NCBI GenBank assembly: GCA_001792535.1
Contig: MGGS01000007.1
Coordinates: 44-64,043 of the forward strand
Direction: 5' to 3'
DNA from: Candidatus Woesebacteria bacterium RIFCSPHIGHO2_02_FULL_42_20
Lineage (GTDB): Bacteria; Patescibacteriota; Microgenomatia; UBA8517
Length of the DNA: 64,000 nucleotides
Both the position numbers and the translations under genes were made by a program. The notes beneath the pieces were generated by a model. That model made no database searches and was not told the DNA's origin. It was given only the letters and a program-made list of their open reading frames with translations. Shown here one piece after another: positions 56,978 to 64,000 of the stretch (position 1 is its first letter; each line of letters begins with the position of its first letter).

Positions 56978-59269
56978 ATGGTAGATGTAGATGACGAAGC
57001 ATTGCTACGACAGCCTGAGAATGCAGAAAATGGTTCTGAAGAACAAAGGCGTCTTTTTATGTTCAGGCCAGAACTCTACACAGTAAATGGTGCTGATTTA
57101 ATTGAGAATGTGAAATCGGCCGAGATAGGCGAAAATGGCGACATTAGTGAATTAAGTGCTGCTGTAGACGAGGCTCTTGCTTATCAGGAAGGATTGGTGT
57201 TGGGATCAAGGCTTTCTTTGCTTGAAATAGACCATCCCTTGGCAGATGAGCTAATTCAGGCCGTTGATACTTTATATAAAATTACATACGATCCTCAAAA
57301 ACCGGCTCCCGATGAAATAGAAAAGATTAGGAAAGCAGACAAAAGAGGCATTTTAGACTATCAAGTTGTCCAAGACTTTGCTTTTGGGTTGGCATCGGCC
57401 AGAAAACAAGCGGAAGCTGATAATCCTACCGATACCAATCGGAGGGAGGAGCAATTTAGAGAAGCGCATAAAGTTATGGAAGACTCGTCCAGAACACTCG
57501 CCGAACTGTTAAGTGACGAGAGCCGTGCCACTCTAAATCTTTACAAGGACATGTTCACCAACGCGAGGACAATGATTGAGAGACCTGATCCCAGAGGCAA
57601 CTTGATGGATGCCATTGAACACGCTTTGTCAGAGCCTGTGCGGAGGGCAAAAGAGTATGCTCGTGATAGGAAAGGCTGGGCCGAGAAAGAAAAGAGGAAA
57701 AGAGTAAAACAATACACAAGGCAGAATATGGCCGACAGAAATCCAAGGACAAGAATGTCTGAAAAGGAGATACCTGCCCTGGTAGATCTAGAAATAGAGG
57801 AAGAGGAAGAGAAGTTGCAGCGGTATGCTGAAGCCGCTCCTCACTTAGTCCGAAAATTGGCTCATGTGACAGCAAGAAGACATAACGATGAAATGTTTAT
57901 ACACCGTACGCAAGTTGGTGGAGATAAAGACAATGAGCCTAAAACTAATGAATATATGTCTGGCAGAATTCCTTTAATTGACTCTGAAGACTTCATTGCT
58001 GAGTACAGATACTCCGGCGAGTGGGGCAAAAAGGTGGACACTGTCATGAAAGAAATGCTTTTTGTGGCTCTTGGGAAGTATGAAACAAACGACCCTAAAA
58101 CTAGCATAAGCAGAGATGCTTATATAGACGGATTTACTACGGATGCTTTTAAAGGGTGGCTTACACCGATGTTACGGAAAGCCGGTGGAGACATGAGTGT
58201 GGTCTGGGCAGCTTGGCGGAATTTATTAACAAGTGAGCTCTTACTACCGTTTACCATGAAGGTAGTAGATACAGAGGTCAAAGATAAAGATGGTGGAGTT
58301 CGTAGAGAGAAGTCTTATAAGTTTGCCGATCCCCCGATTGCTACAGATTTAGGATCGCATTTGTATTTTTTTGAGGAGCACAGGAGAGACGAAAGGGGAA
58401 TAGATCCGGATGGTATAAGGCATCCAAGTAGGCCTTATTCCCGAGTTTCTCATTTTGGACATCCTTTTAACATGGGCAAGATATCAAGAGGTGAGGATGG
58501 TGCACCAAAGCCGCTTGTAGGCTCTTACTTTGAAGGTGCCAAAGTCAAGAACTGGCCAACTGGTAAGACTGATAATTCTGGACAACCCCTAAAAGGTGAA
58601 ATGCCACTTTATAATATTTGGATGGGGACTTCGGTGAGAAAGATGCAGGAGATTAGAGGGAGAGGTTGGCAAATGAGTGACGAAACGATTTTTGATAAAG
58701 GGGTTAGTCTTGCAGATAAGAAATTTCCCTTTGATGATACTGAAAAGCGCGATCCTAAAGACGCAAACGAGCCCGGTTCGGCTTCTTTTACTGCTTGGTA
58801 TGTTATTATAAGGTCTAGATGCGCCCAGATCAGAAAGATGATTTTAGGGTTTCCGCACGATGTAAAAGACATGGAGGGGACGACATTCCAGGAGGGTTTC
58901 CGAGCATTGGATAAGATGAATATGGTACGCCCCGACCACGAAATAAATCCAGATGACTTAGATCCCAAAGACCCTTCATTGTGGTTTCTGGCAAGTGTCT
59001 TGATATACCTTCACCCTGAAACCGCTGCACAATTGGAAAAAAGAGATTTTATGGTAAAATCTCGTATCGGTAAGCATAGGTTGTATAAATCCATAGCTCC
59101 GCCAATAATAGGTAAGACAGCACCGGTTCCCGCAGCCAGTGGAAGGACAGACGTGGTGAGTATGTCATCGGGTAATATCTACGAGAATTGGCAGACAGTA
59201 GGCTTGATTGGAGGCAACAAGAGAGCTTGGTTGGCCAACAATATCTTGTCGGAAACCCGGTTCACATAG
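56978..59269 (+). CDS. Large soluble hypothetical protein
   Basis: 763-aa ORF, charged helical N-terminal half; no motif recognised. Confidence 0.75.
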   Translation: MVDVDDEALLRQPENAENGSEEQRRLFMFRPELYTVNGADLIENVKSAEIGENGDISELSAAVDEALAYQEGLVLGSRLSLLEIDHPLADELIQAVDTLYKITYDPQKPAPDEIEKIRKADKRGILDYQVVQDFAFGLASARKQAEADNPTDTNRREEQFREAHKVMEDSSRTLAELLSDESRATLNLYKDMFTNARTMIERPDPRGNLMDAIEHALSEPVRRAKEYARDRKGWAEKEKRKRVKQYTRQNMADRNPRTRMSEKEIPALVDLEIEEEEEKLQRYAEAAPHLVRKLAHVTARRHNDEMFIHRTQVGGDKDNEPKTNEYMSGRIPLIDSEDFIAEYRYSGEWGKKVDTVMKEMLFVALGKYETNDPKTSISRDAYIDGFTTDAFKGWLTPMLRKAGGDMSVVWAAWRNLLTSELLLPFTMKVVDTEVKDKDGGVRREKSYKFADPPIATDLGSHLYFFEEHRRDERGIDPDGIRHPSRPYSRVSHFGHPFNMGKISRGEDGAPKPLVGSYFEGAKVKNWPTGKTDNSGQPLKGEMPLYNIWMGTSVRKMQEIRGRGWQMSDETIFDKGVSLADKKFPFDDTEKRDPKDANEPGSASFTAWYVIIRSRCAQIRKMILGFPHDVKDMEGTTFQEGFRALDKMNMVRPDHEINPDDLDPKDPSLWFLASVLIYLHPETAAQLEKRDFMVKSRIGKHRLYKSIAPPIIGKTAPVPAASGRTDVVSMSSGNIYENWQTVGLIGGNKRAWLANNILSETRFT

Positions 59270-59277
59270 TTTTCTTA

Positions 59278-61128
59278 TTAAGCTACATCCTCTTTTTTAG
59301 TTACTGGTTTGGAAGCGGTTGTAGAACCTTTTCCTTTCTGGCCAAATTTAGGCATTTGGAACGGTGCCAACGGCGTTCCGGCTTCTTTTTCTTCACCTGG
59401 CACTTCCCTTCGCCACCACTGCGCTGCCGTTCCGGCTTTTGTACCAAACTTACCCACTCCTCCAACTACGGACCCTAGAACAGCTGACCCCTTGAGTCTT
59501 GTGCTGAATCTGGTTTTTGCTCCAGAGATACGTGTTCTTGCTGGTTCTGTGGCTCTTGCTACATAACCCCCTGCCCTTGTTCTTGCAAATCTTCCGCCAA
59601 CCCAACCGGCGGCTCCGCCGACAACAGCGGAAGTTGCGCTAAGGCCTGGAATAAGCCCTTTCAAAGTTCCGCCCGAAGTTCCAAATCTCATAAATCTACC
59701 CATGGCTTCACCGCCAAAACCTTTACCAACAACTGCACCAAGAGCAGCGGCGCCCAAGAGCTCTCCCCCATACTGGCCGCGAATGCCCAGTATAAAGTTT
59801 TTAGCCGCTTGGGAAAGGCTGGGCGTTGCTATCATTGTTGCCAGCCCTACCAAAAAGCCTATCGTAGCTGTGTCGCCAAAGCTAAACCCCGGGAGAATAC
59901 CCGTCCCTCCGACACCAGCCAACGAAAGTATATAGAAAGGATTGATCATTGGCCAGGTTTGAAGCACGCCGTAATACCCGTCCGGTGCCATTCCCCAAGC
60001 AAAAACATGGGCAGCAAAAACAAGGAAAGTTGCCATTACAAACACGGACAGGTTTGCGATAACGTGCTTCAGCCAGAAAGTGAAGCCGATCTGTTGGGCA
60101 ATTAATCCGCCCAGAATTATGAACGGGCCCGCAATGATCATAATCAAAAGCGTCGCATAGGCTTTAAGAAGCGTCCAGAAAATCCTGAATATGGTAATGA
60201 ATATTACCAAAAATAGGATTAATGACAGGATAAAATCCATTATATTACATAGAAGTGGAACTCTGGTTATTACACAGGCAATGCCGCCATATAATGTCGA
60301 TCTAATTATAGTGAGCCATGCGTAGGCGATAGTTCCACCGTTGATGTCTTGCAGTCTTGTGAAGGTAAATGAAGCTGCTCCTGTGGGGTCTAGTAAGCCT
60401 GAAGCTCTGGCAATTGAAACAACAATGCCTTGGGTAAGAAAGGCAAGATCGACCAGAAGCCCGGCGATTGCATAAGAAAATGTTATTAAAATAAGAACCA
60501 TTGCAATTTTAGGGATAGCTGACTGAATAGTAATCACAACTCTGGGCGCTATTTGAACCCGAAACATGATCAAGAATGCCATGATAATGATTACAAAGAT
60601 TAGGAATGTGTATGCAACGTTTCTCGTAGCCAACCACAAGGCTCTTGCAGGGACTAATGCGGAACTATAACCAAATCCTTGAGCGTTGGCCTCAGGGATT
60701 AGATGCAGGTCGGCAGCTGTGCTGGCAATATATTCGAGCCCGGACGCTGGTTTTTGATTGAGCAGAAGATCAGCGTATGATGCCAGCGAAAGGAGCGCAC
60801 CGGGGCTCTTATTACTGCTAATGGCCCCCGACCCTGGAACAAACATATCAGCGCACTCTGGTATTGTTTCAAAAATGCCATCTGAGACGTCAAGGCAGCG
60901 GTAAACGTCCATCGGTATAAACCAGAAGATAATGCTCATTATTATCCATCTGGTCTGTGCATAGGTGTACCTTTCACCGTATACTTCAGCGTCAGGAGGC
61001 TCTGCCACCCGATCGGCAAACTCGCCCATACTAGGTTCCCACCAAGTCTGTGCGATGGCTGTTGTGGGGAGGAACAGAGTATGAAAAGCAAAGGCTGCCA
61101 GAAGGACGATAAAGACCGATTTTTTCAT
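59278..61128 (-). CDS. Polytopic membrane protein, VirB6/TrbL-like
   Basis: Signal peptide, LILITFSYAIAGLLVDL, about 7 TMs, Gly/Ala/Arg-rich tail; T4SS-like context. Confidence 0.65.
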   Translation of the reverse strand: MKKSVFIVLLAAFAFHTLFLPTTAIAQTWWEPSMGEFADRVAEPPDAEVYGERYTYAQTRWIIMSIIFWFIPMDVYRCLDVSDGIFETIPECADMFVPGSGAISSNKSPGALLSLASYADLLLNQKPASGLEYIASTAADLHLIPEANAQGFGYSSALVPARALWLATRNVAYTFLIFVIIIMAFLIMFRVQIAPRVVITIQSAIPKIAMVLILITFSYAIAGLLVDLAFLTQGIVVSIARASGLLDPTGAASFTFTRLQDINGGTIAYAWLTIIRSTLYGGIACVITRVPLLCNIMDFILSLILFLVIFITIFRIFWTLLKAYATLLIMIIAGPFIILGGLIAQQIGFTFWLKHVIANLSVFVMATFLVFAAHVFAWGMAPDGYYGVLQTWPMINPFYILSLAGVGGTGILPGFSFGDTATIGFLVGLATMIATPSLSQAAKNFILGIRGQYGGELLGAAALGAVVGKGFGGEAMGRFMRFGTSGGTLKGLIPGLSATSAVVGGAAGWVGGRFARTRAGGYVARATEPARTRISGAKTRFSTRLKGSAVLGSVVGGVGKFGTKAGTAAQWWRREVPGEEKEAGTPLAPFQMPKFGQKGKGSTTASKPVTKKEDVA

Positions 61129-61180
61129 TAGAATTAATTTAATACCATACCGGTTAATTTATCAATTATCAATTTAATAG

Positions 61181-63526
61181 TTAACCGCAGCAGACGCTGT
61201 TGCAAACGGCAGAGCATTGTGCGCCTGTTTCGGATGCGTCGCGTCTTACGCACACATTAGGGTTTGCGTAATAGCACCCATTGAAATCCGGATCGTCGTA
61301 AGTGTCAGGATCCCAGGTCTGTCTGTTGAGCCATTTGCATCCTGTCGAGCAATCTGCAGTTGGTACCGAGCATGGGGGAACATGATCAGTATAGTCTTTT
61401 GCCGGGCCCCATTCATAGGGGTTGCAACGCCTGCTTTCGCAGACAGGGTCTGTACAAAGTGTGGAGCTGTTAACCGGCTGCGGTCCACCGTATGAGGCGA
61501 TGGTGTCTATAGGGCAGTCGCCCCTTGGGTTACTACCTGAGTCATTTGTAAGAATTTCTTGGCATCTTCCACCGGGCACAAAATAATCGCACGAGCTGGT
61601 AACAGGATTCCAGTTGCAGGCGATAGGAAGTACAGCAGGCGGCGGTCGGCTTGCGAGTTGGCGGACGCGAGCCGAACTGGAATAGGGCAAAAGAGCTTCT
61701 CGGATACCTATCAAGAAATATTCGTAAATGCCTCCCAGGTGGGGATAGAATATGTCGGCGCGAGCCCCGGACCTTGTGAAGTTCCCTGCAAAAACTTGAA
61801 TATCAAGGTCGGTGGAGCTGTAGTTGGCTGTAGTTACTCCCGGCAGATCAAGTATTTCAAATGCTAATGTACCGATGTCGTCGGGAACGGGAATTATTCT
61901 AGGATAAATTCTTCTGAACACCGATTGCCTGCTTTCAACTGACCTTCCCCAGATTTCATCAAGTAATGGAGTCCTGGTATAGACCGAAAAAGGCGCGGTG
62001 GCAATTAGCACATCACAAGGAGGTATTGTACAAATTGCCGAACATTCGTTTCTACAATCGGTATATTCTGTTGCACAGCCAGCAATACATGTGACATCTC
62101 CTCCACAGGTGTTTTCACAATTTGTTCTTTGGGTTATACAGGTTGAGTCGCAAGCTGAAAAACACTCTGCTTCGCCGCAGTATTGAGTTCCACCCAAAGC
62201 AAAACAGGGTTTTTCGAAAGTACACTCAAAAGTGGAGGTGTAGGAAAAATCTCCGCTTATGTCCGGTTGTGGACTGATTTCGCCAAAGACATCGTCGCCA
62301 GTATTCCATCTCACGTTTGTCAGATCGCACCTATTCGTATTATAGTAGAGCTCGTCCCTGACTTCGGTGTAATTTACAGATAATTGCAGCGGCAGATAAG
62401 TTTGCGAAAGTATGTCAAGTAGGTCTCTGGATTCTTCCAGGTGGGAAAGGTATAGCCAGTCAATATCTCGGTCGGTAAATGTGTTATCAACAAATTCCAT
62501 TGTTGGGCCATAAATTTGAATATTGTCCGCATCAGACGGCGGTTGCGGGGGTTGAACTGGTATTGGACCTGTTGCTGCGTTTTGAAGATCTATTCCTCTG
62601 TATGTTTCGACAGACGAAGTCCTGTCCTCGGTAGACGACAATGGTACCAATGGAAAAGAGCTGATGAATGGTCGATCAATCCAAAAATCACCATTTAGAT
62701 AACTGAGCGCGCTAACCATTGGGAGGTAAATATCTGTAGTTCTTCTTTCTACGCTTCCCGGTACACCGCAAGGTACGGGACCCCTGAAGGGACCTGAAAC
62801 CAGCTCGCATTCCACTTTTTGGTTGTGTCTGGAGTTACCTGTCCTGTCTGCGGCGGCGATTTTATCGCGAAGCAGAACCTGGATAGGAAGAAGCTTGTTT
62901 AACGGTCCTGAATAAGTAGAAATTAGTCTGGCGCACTCGTCTGGGTCATATGACCCGCCAGTTAAAGATGAACACACTGAGTAGAAATAATCCGTTTCTT
63001 CCATGCGAAACATGGGCCCGTTCAAGTACCAGCTGACATACTCGGCTGTTCGGCGGTTATAAGCTAGGTTTTCAGGCTGTGGGTTGCCGTTGTTGACTTG
63101 ATTTGGAACAAGTTGTGTATTGCCCATGATGGGCAGCTCTGCATCGGCAAGATTGACTGAGGTTTGATAAGTTGACGGTCTCTCGTAGTAGCAAGTAAGG
63201 GTGGTGGCACTGTCTACACAGTAGACTGTGGTGTTTGCACCACCAGCCGGGGTTACTTGAAAAGATTCTAATCCAAGGTAGTCGTTTCCGCAGTAGAGCC
63301 TTGCAGGTTCAAGTGGGCGGCTCCAGGGGTCAGTCAAAACAGGAGGGGTTCCACCGAATTCACACGGACTTGCTTGATAAGGCCGCAGGGTGTGAAATTC
63401 TGGACTGCGAACGTCGCTGCAGCGGATGTAAGGCGGGGGAATCTGAGCGCTCACGCGACCAAATGATTTATGATAAATGATGTACGAGGTAAGAATGAAT
63501 ATAAAAAACAAAATCTTAAATCTCAT
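61181..63526 (-). CDS. Large secreted Cys-rich protein
   Basis: Signal peptide (VSA|Q), many Cys including a CX3C repeat tract. Confidence 0.75.
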   Translation of the reverse strand: MRFKILFFIFILTSYIIYHKSFGRVSAQIPPPYIRCSDVRSPEFHTLRPYQASPCEFGGTPPVLTDPWSRPLEPARLYCGNDYLGLESFQVTPAGGANTTVYCVDSATTLTCYYERPSTYQTSVNLADAELPIMGNTQLVPNQVNNGNPQPENLAYNRRTAEYVSWYLNGPMFRMEETDYFYSVCSSLTGGSYDPDECARLISTYSGPLNKLLPIQVLLRDKIAAADRTGNSRHNQKVECELVSGPFRGPVPCGVPGSVERRTTDIYLPMVSALSYLNGDFWIDRPFISSFPLVPLSSTEDRTSSVETYRGIDLQNAATGPIPVQPPQPPSDADNIQIYGPTMEFVDNTFTDRDIDWLYLSHLEESRDLLDILSQTYLPLQLSVNYTEVRDELYYNTNRCDLTNVRWNTGDDVFGEISPQPDISGDFSYTSTFECTFEKPCFALGGTQYCGEAECFSACDSTCITQRTNCENTCGGDVTCIAGCATEYTDCRNECSAICTIPPCDVLIATAPFSVYTRTPLLDEIWGRSVESRQSVFRRIYPRIIPVPDDIGTLAFEILDLPGVTTANYSSTDLDIQVFAGNFTRSGARADIFYPHLGGIYEYFLIGIREALLPYSSSARVRQLASRPPPAVLPIACNWNPVTSSCDYFVPGGRCQEILTNDSGSNPRGDCPIDTIASYGGPQPVNSSTLCTDPVCESRRCNPYEWGPAKDYTDHVPPCSVPTADCSTGCKWLNRQTWDPDTYDDPDFNGCYYANPNVCVRRDASETGAQCSAVCNSVCCG

Positions 63527-63527
63527 A

Positions 63528-63824
63528 TTATCCAGGTATATTAAACGTTAATATTGAATTTACTCCGGTAAAGACGGCAATGAGTCTTAGGATCAAATAG
63601 GCTATGGCTATAAAAACAAGGCCGCCCACGGCCCAGGTAAGCACCCCTTGAGCTTCGGCGACTTTTTTTGGGTCGCCACCGCTGGTTATGAATTTAAAGC
63701 CTCCCGCAATTAACATTATAAAAAATACCACTCCTGCCAAAGCAAGGACGCTTTGTATTAAAAAGCCAAAAACAGTTTCCAGGTCTTTTAGAGTCGAAGC
63801 GTTGGTCAAATTAAGAGGTGGCAT
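63528..63824 (-). CDS. VirB2/TrbC-like pilin
   Basis: Two TMs around GFKFITSGGDPKKVAEAQ. Confidence 0.8.
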   Translation of the reverse strand: MPPLNLTNASTLKDLETVFGFLIQSVLALAGVVFFIMLIAGGFKFITSGGDPKKVAEAQGVLTWAVGGLVFIAIAYLILRLIAVFTGVNSILTFNIPG

Positions 63825-63879
63825 CAACTATAATTTTAGATAGCGAGAAGAATAATAGCAAGTAAGTTTTTTAAAGAAG

Positions 63880-64000
63880 CTAAAGTATATTGGGTATCGT
63901 AAAATTGAGCAGACTTACCCCAAACACATTCTGAACCAGGATTATTATTAACCATGCTGCAAAAACTATGATCAAGCCGATCAATGCCGCCGTGATTCTG
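63880..64000 (-). CDS. Second VirB2/TrbC-like pilin, partial
   Basis: Manual translation ...RITAALIGLIIVFAAWLIIILVQNVFGVSLLNFTIPNIL*. Confidence 0.7.
   Translation of the reverse strand, partial: RITAALIGLIIVFAAWLIIILVQNVFGVSLLNFTIPNIL

Noticed and set aside
35169-59277. Prophage or complete ICE
   Set aside because: No integrase, terminase, capsid or relaxase recognised in the window
49-63480. Many antisense and nested ORFs in the track (e.g. 49..462, 7044..7550, 35673..36158, 51560..52105)
   Set aside because: Shadows of well-supported genes on the other strand or frame, with no motifs of their own

Overview
Chromosomal window spanning the replication origin (yidC-yidD-rnpA-rpmH ... dnaA-oriC-dnaN). 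Gene content points to a Patescibacteria/CPR bacterium, probably Microgenomates (inferred, no database search), using genetic code 11. Left to right: (1) a type IV pilus cluster (pilO-like, pilM-pilN fusion, three minor pilins, pilC, pilB); (2) small housekeeping and accessory genes with many gene fragments; (3) vanW-like gene, a Phd/VapC module, an M20 hydrolase, tsaC-tsaE fusion, tsaD and valS; (4) rplY, DUF4012 protein, rnhA, jag, yidC, yidD, rnpA, rpmH; (5) a ~10 kb accessory island between rpmH and dnaA, with an intact IS5, IS remnants, a second rpmH and an MNT-HEPN pair; (6) oriC with DnaA boxes and DnaA-trios; (7) a relaxase-less T4SS-like cluster (VirB2-like pilins, VirB6-like, PrgI-like, VirB4, M23 peptidase) split by a 5.6 kb opposite-strand insert. 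Three observations stand out. TsaC and TsaD both carry substitutions in normally conserved motifs and sit head-to-head with an atypical M20 hydrolase, possibly a variant A37 tRNA modification. At three loci a cargo block is followed by a second copy of a flanking gene's end (diverged at two, identical at rpmH), suggesting allele stacking by homology-facilitated illegitimate recombination. A cobalamin-riboswitch-like RNA precedes an unknown Zn-ribbon gene. No rRNA, tRNA or CRISPR array was seen.
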